Shown: in pieces, positions 25,789 through 37,774 of the stretch | Position numbering within the stretch: the first letter of the stretch is position 1 | Layout of the letters: every line of letters begins with the position of its first letter | NCBI GenBank assembly: GCA_973895155.1 | Contig: OZ316893.1 | Coordinates: 10,855,660-10,919,659 of the forward strand | Direction of reading: 5' to 3' | Source: Marsupella aquatica | Taxonomy: Eukaryota; Plantae; Marchantiophyta | Length of the DNA: 64,000 nucleotides | The notes under the pieces: model-generated | What the model was told of the DNA's origin: nothing | The model's input: the letters and a program-made list of their open reading frames with translations, nothing else | Database searches by the model: none | Made by a program: the position numbers and the translations under genes

Positions 25789-26132
25789 TGTTGAGCATAG
25801 ACGACATTCATAACGGCAAGCCCAAGAACCATCCAACGCACAAGAGTCGACACAGAGAGATACGTGGTTCACCTCCACATGAGGCTACGTCCACGAGAAC
25901 ACACAAGAGCTTTACTGTACTCTAGGCCGACCGGCCATACCAAGCATCCACAGCACAAGCTCTCCCAATCTCTCAACTAGCTCCGTAACAATGAGTCTAA
26001 GTTCCACCAGGGTCTGGCATCAGCCCTGGCTATATGCACAACAACATTACCACTAACATTAGCTAAGTCCTAACCCGAGTTAGACTAACTGTAGTTAGCT
26101 CATGAGTCACAAGACTAGAGCAATATCTAACA
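25789..26132 (-). mobile_element. Solo LTR (344 bp, Copia-like) with 5-bp TSD TAGAT
   Basis: TGTT...AACA termini; TAGAT at 25784-25788 and 26133-26137; ~94% identical (hand count) to the reverse complement of 47008-47352. Confidence 0.93.
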
Positions 26133-27144
26133 TAGATTCCATTTTGTAAACAATGTTTCATTAAAAATCTTAGAATATTCCCATTGTAAAACATGCATTC
26201 CTGAAATTCACTAAACATTGCACATGGAGTTTGGAGACCTTAAACATTTCATCGGGTCATTTTTTGGAGGCCCATAAGGTCTTTTGTTCTTACCCAACTC
26301 ATGTTTTTTGTTTTTCAATTGGTTGAACAAGCCAATAGACATAAGTTATCCATTAGCAAATTAAACATGATTAATAACTTCTTCGCGGGTGTTTTTGCTT
26401 TGCGTTCATCTTGTGCTGTGTGCTTGCCCCCCTCCGTGGGTTTTTTGCGGATTTATTATTAAAGAAAAAAATTTCCAAGGAATAACTTCTGAGCGAAACA
26501 ATGTTTAACGTCACACCCCATTTGACTCTCTATTCCTTATATGAAATAGAGGTGAGGATCTAAATAGGGCGGCACAAGAGTGAACTAAAGGTACATGCCT
26601 AAAACTGCTGAATGGAGGGTGAAAAAGAAGAACAATTATTGGCCTTGGAGTAAACCACATTTTGCAGTTATGGAGTATGCACTTACGAGTACTGCGTTGT
26701 ACTGTACTACCAGACTCATACAGTATAATTGTACAGTACTCGTAAGGTGTAACGTTGCTGTTCAAAGTGGAGACTCGTCCTGTGGCACTTTCTGGATCGT
26801 CCCCTTCAGTCCTTCACCCCTCTGCTGCTTGCTGCTGCTGCTGCTGTTGTTGTTGTTGATCATCCGAAGTGGTGCCGAAAGTGTGGGCTGACGAGGAATT
26901 CGCACCTGGGTTTCTCCTTCGTCTCCTCCTCTTTCAATCACGAGCTCACGATAGCGCTGCTCAGAGTTGTGTCCCGCTCATCGCATTGCGATTCCGCCTC
27001 TTCTCGAGATTGTCGTCCGAGGGAACAGAGCCTGGAATCTCTCTCGGCTCTGGGTTCTGCTTGAGCAGCAACGGGAGTAGCGTTTCCGCATTTGGATCGA
27101 AGAATTTTGGAACGTATTTGATACTGTTGTGGCGGACGGTGAAG

Positions 27145-30100
27145 ATGACGGTAGCTGAGGATTTGCCTTCGCTTGGCAGCAAGACGAAGAAACCAGCCAA
27201 GTATGATTTTGCTCCGTTCGCAGCCGTACTCTGTCTGCTGGATTCTCATCTTTCCACTTTTTCAATTTTCTCCTGCAGAAATCGATTCCTGTCTGCGATC
27301 AAATACTCGAGTCGATAAACACTGAGCTAATTCGTGATTGTAAAGGATTTCGGGGAGATTGGACTGATGATGTTGTTTCGGGGCTTACAGGAAGAAGAGA
27401 GTTCTAGCAGAGGGTGACTTAATGAAGGCAATGATCAGGTCTGGTGAGGAATCCGGAGGTCCTAAGGAAGGGGATTTGGTTATTTTCCACAATACAACGT
27501 ATACTGACGAGGGAGCTGTCGTCGAGTCTACAAGAACGGAACATGGAGGTTGGATTCGTAGATTTATCGTGTTTCTACTACTCAAGGAGCATGTCTGTTC
27601 AAGCTCTTTCGCGCGAAGACATAAATTCATCTCCCAAATGTTGAACTTCATGGGACTAACGTCTCCCAATACTGGTAATGCATGTTGACAGAAAAGGGGA
27701 ATCCGCTCAAGTTAGTTCTGGGGAAGAGTAAGATGATTGCCGCTTGGGAGGAAGCGCTACCTTCTATGAGCAAGGGAGAAATCGCCAGGGTAATGTGTCA
27801 ACTTCGTACAGCCTTTCGTACTGTTCGGACTACAGCTTGCATTTCTTCATTGTGTATGACCAATGAAGAAAAGACAATGAAGGATGAAACTAGAAAATCA
27901 AAGACGGCCGAAGGGTCTGTTTACGTTCAGGGAACAGACAAACAGAAGGAATGCAATTTCTTGGACGTCGTGGGATTTTGTGGTTTTGCCTTCATTGGCT
28001 ACCTTGCTTGACACGAGACTTGGGTTTTGAATTTCCAGTTCAAGGTGCGACCTGCCCTGCATTATGGAGATCCGGAGTGTCCCGTTACAGTGCCGGAGAA
28101 CTTCCCGAAAAGTTCGGAGCTGTTGTTCGATATTGAGATTTTAGACTTCTTCAAAGTGAAGGTATGTAACTCGATTTCTCAGTCTGAGCTTTCACCTTCA
28201 TTCTCTCTATTTCAGCAAATTCCTCAAGTAGCCTGTTTAATTCCCTCCCTTTCGTTTACTCCAGAAAACCGTCTTCTCAGATATGGGCTGATTCAATCAA
28301 GATATGTGGTCTTGCAGGTTGTCACAGAAGATTTCGGTGTTCTCAAAAAGGTGAGTCAGTCTTTGACGTTTTTGTATTCATGCCCTGTCACTGAAGATGC
28401 ATCAAAAGCCAACGAGGAAAATTCAACGATGAAAACTTATCGCACTAAATAGTTTAAAGTCCCTCCTTTATGCTTTCACACTATTTGTGCATGCAGTCTG
28501 ACGACAGTCCTGGGGGTCACCCAACTGACATCAAGTCCCAAGTGAAATATTCGGAGAATTGTTAGTATTGTGATATACAGATAGTCATAACCGGGAATGC
28601 TTATAGTAGATTCCCCATTTTAAGGTAATCCACTTCCGTGTTGTCATGGTCAGGTGCTTCGAGATGGTATAGGCTGGGAGACGCCCAGGGAGCCATATGA
28701 AGTGTCCGTAAGGTTAGTGATTACAGTTTCTACACGTATTTCTTGAAAATGTGTAAGAGATGTCGTTTAGATGACAAGAGATGTAAGAGATGTCGTTTAA
28801 AAATGTGTAAGACATTTTTTTAGACATTCAAATGAACAGTCTACGGAGTATACTGGGATTCCACAGTATAGTTTCAGCTCCCTTTTTGTACTGATCACTG
28901 CCGGAACATTGCTGAAGATGTTTTTGTCGAGGATTATTACTGACCGAATCTGAGGTTTTGCTGTATGCAGAATTGTTGGACGGGTTGGTAATGATGCACC
29001 ATTCATAGTTCGAAGGGAGGAGCCCCTTTATTTCACCATGGGCAAGCAAGAGGTGTTTTCCCTCTGCCTGTTATGTTCGTCGCTCAGTAAACAGCAATTG
29101 AATTCTTGTAACAGACTTGTCGAAGTCCCAGAGCTATAAATCTGTGGGACAGTGATTAACAGTTCAATATGATTGTCGCACTCTTTTGGGATTCCATCAG
29201 GTCCCAACTGGACTTGAAAAAGGCATTGAAACCATGACGAAGAACGAGAAGGCCATCTTATATATATCTGGATCCTACATCACGGAAGCATCAGCCATCT
29301 CTGAGTTACCGATAAAGGCATCTGAGATTCAATTTGAAGTTGAGGTGCTTCAGGTTGTTCAGGTAAACCCCTTGTCATTCTTTAACACTGAACGCATCCT
29401 ATGATGACTGGTAGTGCTTTACACGAAAAATTTCAGTTTTGCTTCTCAAAAGTGCAGCATTGTTCTTACAAACTCAAGGTTTTTACTTCAGGATACTAGT
29501 CAGGTTCCTCACAATTTCTTCCTCACAACTGCTGGTTTTATAGCATACGGTGGCTACATCCAAAAATTTCTCTCTTTCAATTTATCTCATCCTTTTAGTA
29601 AATTGGGAGGATTTCCATACCTACAGGTTCGTGATATGCTGGGCAACGGTGCCGTTATTAAGCGTCGAATCCGAGACGGGAAGGGTAACATTTCACAGTA
29701 GATCCAACAATTTGGTATCTGTTGACGAGTCAAGATGTCGTACACTAAATTTATCACTTCTGTTTAATTTCGCTGCAGTGGGCTTAGTGTGTGACGTCGT
29801 GGCGAGTAGCTAACTTTGTTGGACGTTGTCCAGGCGAATTTCCCATTGACTGTCCTCTTCAAGACAGCACTTTGCGTATTCATTATAAGGGGATGCTTCC
29901 AAGTGAACAGGATAAGGTTTTTTACGACACCAGAAAAGATAATCCTGACGGGGAACCTCTCGAATTTAGCTCTGGAGAAGGCATGGTATGTTTGTCTATT
30001 TCTATCTAGAATCGTCAAGAGTTCCTCATCTGGTGGCTGACACGATCACTTTATATCAATCGGACATAATATTTTTGGGAGGGTGAGATAGGTTTCATCA

Positions 30101-33100
30101 TTGCCCAAAACTGGATATTGCATTTCCCCCTGAAAATTCATGATGTCTCAGCTATTGAAATGCAGACCTGTAGGTGCAATAGGTTGCAACCTTTTCCTGA
30201 CGGAGAAGAATATCTGAACATTTCTTAACGTGGTTTTCATAATGAAGGTGCCAGAAGGGCTGGAAATGTCTGTGAGGCTTATGCTCCCTGGAGAAATTTC
30301 TGTTGTACACAGTACATCAACATACGCCTATGATAAGTTTGCCAGGTATGGGAAGAAGCAAAGTAATACGAGTTCTTTTGTTGTTTTCTGTACAGTCAAA
30401 AAAATTTTAAGTCTGCATCACTGCTGCATCTGTAGCACCAGACTATTCTCAGCTGTTGCCTTTCTCGTTGGGTATTCAAATGGACCGCTGCTTGTGTCTG
30501 AGTCGTTTTGTCTATTGGGTTTACCAAATAAAGATTTCCTCGCCGATTATTGAGTCCGATCATCTCATCGAAACAGTGTATGGCACTGTGACTCTGAATC
30601 ATGTAAAATTTGTGTTTATAAAGTGCATTTTCTTGTTTGTGTCATCCATGTGACAAACAATTATGTTTGTCCTTGACGAAGGAGTGATTTCTGGGTATTC
30701 TTTGTGACCCTCTTTGTGACTGGGTCCTTGTTTGGCTGAACTTTTGTTCCTATTTGGAAGGTAAAGCTATGAGCGGGATTCCTCTTTTGACTTGCATTTT
30801 CATCGTCACAAGATTAAAGAGCAAGGGCGGATTATTTCCCACCTGCTACTTCTCGTTTTGTTGGATTTCTTTCCTATGGCACAGAAGTATTTATATTTCA
30901 TCTCCGCTGATTGGGTTGTAGGCCTGAATTGGTGCCCGATGGAGCCTCAGTGAAATGGGAGGTTGAGCTCATAAGTTTCGATAAAAAAAGGGTACATGGT
31001 CTTTGCCTTGTTCGTAGTATCTCAAAAGGTCGTCTGGCTTATTCTTCCCCTTGTGGTCAATTTCTGAGATTTGCATGCATACTTGAATCGCATGAGAATT
31101 ACTGGGTGATGTCATTGCTGAATTCGCTTCACTAGACATAATGTTGCTCGGTGGGCATATATATGCTTGATGCTATAGCTGGCAAAAGAGTCACCAAAAG
31201 TAAGCTCCACATCAAGTGTCGTAGGTCAACAGTATGACGGTAGTGTTAGATCACTGAACCTTTCAAGCTCTCTATCACTTCGGTTGCTGTTAATATTTTG
31301 AGCTCAAGCTTTGTGGTCGCTTGATTCAGGATTGGACAGGGTTCACATTCAAAGAAATCATGGATGACTCGCAGAAGCAAAAGGCCACAGTACGTTTCTG
31401 ACAGTTCCTGACACTGTTTTGTAACTTCAGAATGTGTTCCTCCCCTGGAAGAGAAATAGTATGCTGGCTGCTGGGGAAGTGGGGTCAACCATTTCCAGCT
31501 CAGTGTACTAAGTGTCTGGGTGAAAGCTACGTGCCTGTCATATGTCGTTACAAAGAAATTAGAGAATTACCTTTCTAGGGACTTGCAGTTGTATCGGTGT
31601 CGTCTGTGGGATTTGTCCCAAGTTTCCTGGGGGCTTAATTCGAGAAGTTTGAACCTTTACATTTGGTGGATTCAAGGACTCACTAGCAGCGATTGTTGTG
31701 CAGGGAAACAGATTGTTTAATGAAGGGAAGTTTGAGCTAGCGAAGGCGAAGTACGACTTTGTAAGTCTGGCGTTTGAACTGAGATGACTATTCTGAAAAT
31801 TGTTGACCTCCTTTCTCGTCTTCAACAATGCAAATCAATCATTCTGATTGGTGTTTTGTGCTTTTGGTGTTTCATCACATTAAGGTTTTTCTGTGATAAC
31901 ACGTAGGATGCCTATGCTCTGTGGCTCAGATTTTGAGGGAGTTCAAGCATGTCAATCCAAATGGTGATCAGGAGGTAGCGGAGCTCAGCCAGGCCCAGGT
32001 ATCCGGGACGTCATGATATCTCTGTTGCATAGCCACTGTCTTTGTATTTCTATAGTAATCATTCATGTATGACAGTAGAAAACATAAATTTCTGCTTTTG
32101 TGTTGCAAAGAGGTCCGCCTGGGAAGCTGGGCAGGCTAATTGGTTATGAAGGTTAGTACTAGACGTAGTCGCAAGAGCTCGTGACTGCCCTTAGCCTAGA
32201 ACTATCCGCAGATAGGAGCAATATCTTACATTAGTATCATGTAGGTTGCTCTATTGGATTAAAACCCTTCCAAGAATCTTGTCGTCTTTTCCGGGTTCTT
32301 TCTTGTTGAACCAATAACATCAATTCTTGTTAGATAGACAGGACCGGGCTTGCAAAGGAGTGGAAAATCCGTTAATGCCAAGATAGTAGGAGAATGTGGA
32401 AAGCATGATGGTCACATGTTTAGAGTAACGCTCTCTGCACATTAATCAGTATAAACAAACATTGTTTGGATTCCTCATTGTGTTTCTCACCTGGAAGTGC
32501 AGATCTCGCTCCAACTAAATATCGCTGCCTGCTATCACAAGATGGGTGAATATATCAAATGTATCGAGACATGTAATAAGGTGTGTAGCTTTAGAACGCT
32601 GTGCAATCGAAGTAGACGTAGAAGTCTATATCATATCCAACATTTGCTGGATTATTGTCATGATTACATGTGTCATGGTAGGCGATGACGATTAGTTTTT
32701 GTCTGCACGGTTGCTCCAGAATTGAGACACCTGAGTCAATTGCTGGTGGAGAAATTTAGCGCTGATGGCAAAGTTGTTAATTGAAAGTTTCCCTCATGAA
32801 AGTATTCATAATTTCCTGGTTGGCGAAGGTTCTTGAAGGAAATCCACTTCATATAAAAGCCCTTTATCGTCGTGGTCTAGCTTACACTGCTACTGCAGAC
32901 TTTGAAGAAGCTCGCAATGATTTCAACCAGGTGCAAGATACTTGCTTTGTCTCTACAATCTTCTTGGCGTTTGTTTTATCTTGTGTCTGTCATTTATAAT
33001 CTTTTATTGATATCCATTCCATCTTTATTGGTTGTACATGCCATTTGAATAGTTTCTTTCTATCTACTCTGAGCACAAATGTTTTTTGTTGGAACTTGGC

Positions 33101-33996
33101 ATTGTCATGTTCTCATATTCTCAGTATGAATTGGATGTGTGACTGCAGATGGTTATCCTTGATAAGTCTTCAGAATCCGATGCAAATGCAGCACTGGTGA
33201 AGCTCAAGAAAAAGGAGCAGGTTTGCTCACATCCTAGAAGTCCTATTTTTTTGTGAGTTGAGTACATAAGCTGTATTTGTAAATGCCTAGATAGTAGCTG
33301 GGGTAGCTGCTGGAATATAATTGTAAGAACTTTAAGATCTCGTGTCCTGTCCGGACATGTTTTCCTTTTGAATGACTGGTAGGTAGTTTGGGCACTCTGT
33401 TCAAGCCCTTTTAAAGGGTAGTTTTCAAAATTAGTTTTATAGATTAGATACTATCGGATCTGATGACATTTTGGCACGGTGAATAAATCCATATTGACTT
33501 AGCGGCCTATGGTTTAAACGATGGGATACAATGCAAGGAACAAGAATTCGTGTGAGTAAATTCCTTTCCTCTTCTTGGAGGAGACACCACCATTTCTAAA
33601 ATTGTCTGACATGTGCTGCGAATGATTACTCTAGGGGGCGAGCTTCAAGTCTCACCTTTGTGCTTTGTTGGACTATGATTGCAGGAGGCAGCCGTACAAG
33701 CCCGCAAACAGTTTAAGGGGCTTTTTGATAAAAAGCCTGGATTGCTGTCAGAGCCAGCTGAGCGACGGCCATCACCAGAAGTAGCCTCTGCTGCCCCTCA
33801 GAAACAAACTGTAGGAGAGATAGAAGAAGCTGAGGACAATGCGCAAGATGTTGCTAAAGACGAGGGTAATGACACGAGCCAGGATTCGGAAGTTGAGGAT
33901 GACCCGTTTGCAAGTGCAAGACATGCAAAGAAGTCTACAAGCTACTTGAGTACAATGTTACAGCGATTTAGTCAAGGGAGATGCTCTATACTTTAG
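27145..33996 (+). CDS. PAS1: PASTICCINO1 / FKBP72 peptidyl-prolyl isomerase (3 FKBP domains + TPR), about 19 exons
   Basis: LMKAMIRSG..GPKEGDLVIFH..VVESTR; LVLGKSKMI; HYGDPECPV..PENFPKSSELLFDIEILDF; GWETPREPYEV; GEFPIDCPLQDSTLRIHYKGML; VPEGLEMSVRLMLPGE; TPR segments LNIAACYHKMGE and KALYRRGLAY; ends RCSIL*. Confidence 0.96.
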
Positions 33997-35724
33997 GGCA
34001 TGCTTGGTCAGAGATCCTCCTGAGCTGAGCGCTGAATCCCAACATAACTCTGTCACGTATAAGGTACAACACATTGACATCAAAAACCGGAGGCCCCCCT
34101 CCCTTGAGGTTGATTTTAGGGTGTGGGTGTTACAACAAATGAGCTCAAGGAGTGTCATATGTAGAGACTTTTCTAATGACATCAAGTTGGTCCACATCAA
34201 TTTTGCCCGAGAAATCTTGTGAATATATCACTAGGCTCCACTGAGATGTACGATAGAAATGGTGCATTAGATTCATAAATTCTAGTTGGTAGAATGGTTT
34301 TGCGCTCATGCTTGTAATGAAGCTAGTCCTGGATTTAAATGTCATACAAGGTTTTGGGCACTTTTTGTTCAGTACAGTACAAACTTGCCAGATATGCTCG
34401 TTCGTCAGACCCCAATTTCTACTCGAAGCTGAAGCTCTTATGGACCACCAGGGTTGATAAGATGCTAGGATGGGGATCATTGTAACTTGCGTATGCCATT
34501 TTGAAAGGGCACTTGCTATTCAGATTGCACTTTCTCCTTTTATATATCATTTATTTCCATTGACTACTGCAAGAAATTCTCTTGTGTGGCGGTTGTTGAT
34601 TTACCAATTTTCTGTCCTAGCTGTGCACTTGTTATTAGCCAGATTTGCCTTTCTCTCATTGCATGAGAGGTTGTGAAGAAACTACGGAGGAGCACAGGAG
34701 GACGAGCAGACTAAACCCAATCTAATTCTCTGTCCAGATGCAAAGTACTGGAGAATTGTTTTCCCAAAGTCGATCTGATGAGGGTTACACAATCAAATGA
34801 AAGGAAAAGGCTCCAGCCAGAAGTCCAAGTTAATCTTCTGTCCAGATGCAAAATACTGAAGAATTCAAAACAGCAGAGAACCGTTTACCCAACTCGATCT
34901 GACGAATGGTTAGGCCACCAATCTGAGTCTCGTGGTTTTGTCCAATCAAATCCCAATGCAACTCCTCCTGACTTCACGGTGGCAGCTGTTTGCATGTAGG
35001 CGACTGCTGTTTCGTTCCAGTGCGGCACTGTAGAGTACAAGAGGATGGTTGCAGGAGGCTGAGTGATTGAGTGGAAGGATAAACAAGACACATAGCACAG
35101 GGCACATATTTGTTTGGGATATTTGATTTGTCTCGGAGTTGTGTGGACCATAGCTGGAGCATAATAAGGAATGGTAAGGTTGGGGAGATCTGGGGCCTGG
35201 GCTCTTGTTTTGTTGCGCCCTCAAGCTGTTGCAGATTGTCTCAAGGTCTGTTTCACGGCTGGTTCATGTAATGCACATTTTAGGTGAGCCAATTTACAAT
35301 CTAGGCATTATGTGCGGGGATCAAAGAATTATTTCAGAGATTGGTCTGTATTGTATGCCCTTTTCGGCCGCATTCTCCCTCACATGTTCTGCTTTTGTCA
35401 ACAGGGTGTGTTGGGACTCTTCTTTTCCTGGCTGGAAGTGTATGATGGCTGTGAAGAGAATGTTGGGGTTAGGCTAGACTGGAAGACGGCACCCTTGTTG
35501 GAACCAGGATCGACATGGCAGTGTACTCTTGCGAAGGAGCACCCCAAGTCCATCATCATTCAACTTGCTTCATCGAGCTTTGCATTGGTAGTTGGCGCAC
35601 CTGGGCAGTGTTCATGAATTATTTATGGATGCAAAACAGGAATAGTGTATTCATAGGAGATATGTAAGACCTAGGAGTAAATTCTGAATTTCATCATCCA
35701 GAGGCCGCTGTCCTGCAGACCAAT

Positions 35725-35832
35725 CAATTCAGGCCCTAATATTGTGAATTGACCAATCCATGGTTGAGATTCTTTATACAATTCAGGCCCTAATATTGTG
35801 AATTGACCAATCCAAGGTTGAGATTCTTTATA
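35725..35832. repeat. 54-bp tandem duplication
   Basis: CAATTCAGGCCCTAATATTGTGAATTGACCAATCCA(T/A)GGTTGAGATTCTTTATA occurs twice. Confidence 0.9.
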
Positions 35833-36589
35833 GAAAGTTTCCGTTAGAGTATACATGCCTCCCTTGACTATCTTTTGAACACAATAAACAAAAGTTCTTT
35901 GCTCCACCACCGCCCTCCTTCACATATTGGTTAGTGTGGTATGTTCACAGGTCCATTTCAAGGTGTTTGGGACGTTTTTAGAATGATCATTAGAAATAAT
36001 ATGACCAGCTCATGGGCTTGTTTCAAGTCTTAGACATAGGCATCTAGCAGGAATATTCATTCCCTTGTTGTCCTTGGTCTTACTTTGACAAAGAGTGATT
36101 TATTGTTTGGTGTTGTTTAGGTCAACTGTTAAGGACTGGGCAATCAGTCATTCCATTATGAAGAGTTGGGAGTGGAGGTCCCTCATCATTTTGTTGGCAG
36201 ATATGATGAGAAGATATCTTCACCGGCCCTGAACGTTTTAAAAGAAATCATGCCACTACATCTCTCCAGTTTAGGCACTATTTGAACAACCAGTGTTAAG
36301 TGCTTGAAATTTCATGTCAAAGGAATTTTTTTATTTAAGGGTAGTTCTTAGTATTCATTTAGCAATTTTGCCATTTAGAGTCTTATTGTAAGCTTATTTC
36401 ATTTGAAGCTACTCTCAAAAGTTCAGTGAGTTAAGCTCTCAGCTAACAGCATTTCAAACCCGATTTGTAGGTGATGAAGTTGTTACACATTTCTACTATG
36501 TTGGTTGGAATTGTATCAATTGGGGAGGACTTGTTCTTCTTGAAATGGTCCAGAGAATGGCCGAGTAGAAATAAGAGAAGAGGGAATTA

Positions 36590-36806
36590 GTCCAGGCTAA
36601 GTCAAATCTGCCATTAGTGACCAGACTTTGAGACCAACTTAGTTAGTCTTAGTTAGCTACATCCAAGTGGCAGCTCACCATAACTTCGAGAAGTAAATAT
36701 ATGTTCAAGAGTCTCTAGAGGAAGTCAAGTTTTCACATGCAACAAAATGATGGGACCTCCCTAAGTGTAAAAGGAGATCATTATGTTCATCTTCTCCACA
36801 TACGAG
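36590..36806 (-). pseudogene. Decayed duplicate of BGAL exon 5 plus adjacent intron 5
   Basis: Aligns with about 14390-14615 in the same orientation. Reads VEKMN....FYT*GGPIILLH versus [21 protein letters not shown]. Intron motifs GCTAAGTCAAATCT, GCTACATC..AGTGGCAG and TAGAGGAAGTCAAGTTTT are shared. Confidence 0.85.
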
Positions 36807-37774
36807 GGGAGCTAATCCATCAATTAACAGTCACTAATATTAGTTACCCCTTTTTTGGGGGCAATCTCGGAAACCTCTCCAAGATACCCAACATGTTTTT
36901 TTGGCAATCTCAGAGACCTCTCTAAGATCCTGAGATTGCAACATCCTTTGAGGACTATCTTGGAGAGTTCTCCGACAATTCGATGCACTCCTGGCACAAT
37001 CTCAGAAAGCCTCTCCGACTTAGAGTCCCATTGACAATACAATCTTGGAGAGCCTCTTTAAGAGAATGACTCACTTTCCATTTGTGAGACATGGACTATG
37101 CTCGTTAAGAGAATGACTCTTCCATTTTTGAGACCATCTCAATCACTAAACTTGACTACACTACCACTTGGTCCTGGTGTCACCAACTCTGACGCCAAGC
37201 TCTTCTGATTCAGGTTTCTGCAACGACCATCCGGTGAAGACTAAGTATGTGAGACAAGTGGATTTTCGAAATTTCGAAATTCTGATTAATTACAAGCCAA
37301 ACCTGCACATGATTGGCTGCCTAGATTGTGAGAAAAGGTTTCCTAGAATGCACTCTACTAGCACCATCTTGCCTTGGAACACTTCACCTAGCTTTCAATT
37401 AGAAACGTCCTTGAAGGTCGTCGATTGCAGAACCTTGTGCGGAGAAATTGCATCCACCTAGGAAAGAATGGACAGGCAGCATTCCTGAGATCTAGAGCTC
37501 GGCGCTACAGAACTTGTTTCTGCCATGCAAGCTCCTTCTGATGCATAGACATGCTCTGTTTGCCTTGAAATCCAATTAAGATGGCTGCATGTTCGCAATG
37601 GATCACCAGCAACATCTGGATGCAATTTTCACAAGAGATCATTATATGATATGGGACATCTGTATAATTCCTCCCCACCCCTCTGTTCCAGCAGCGGAAT
37701 TCTCAACATTGCGTATCCGCGTGAAGCTAAGTAAATCTGTCAAAAGAGATACGACCCAGTTCGACTGCAGGTCT

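Noticed and set aside
34946-35620. NKSPGP motif suggesting a LINE RT remnant
   Set aside because: A single short motif among many stops; too weak to annotate.
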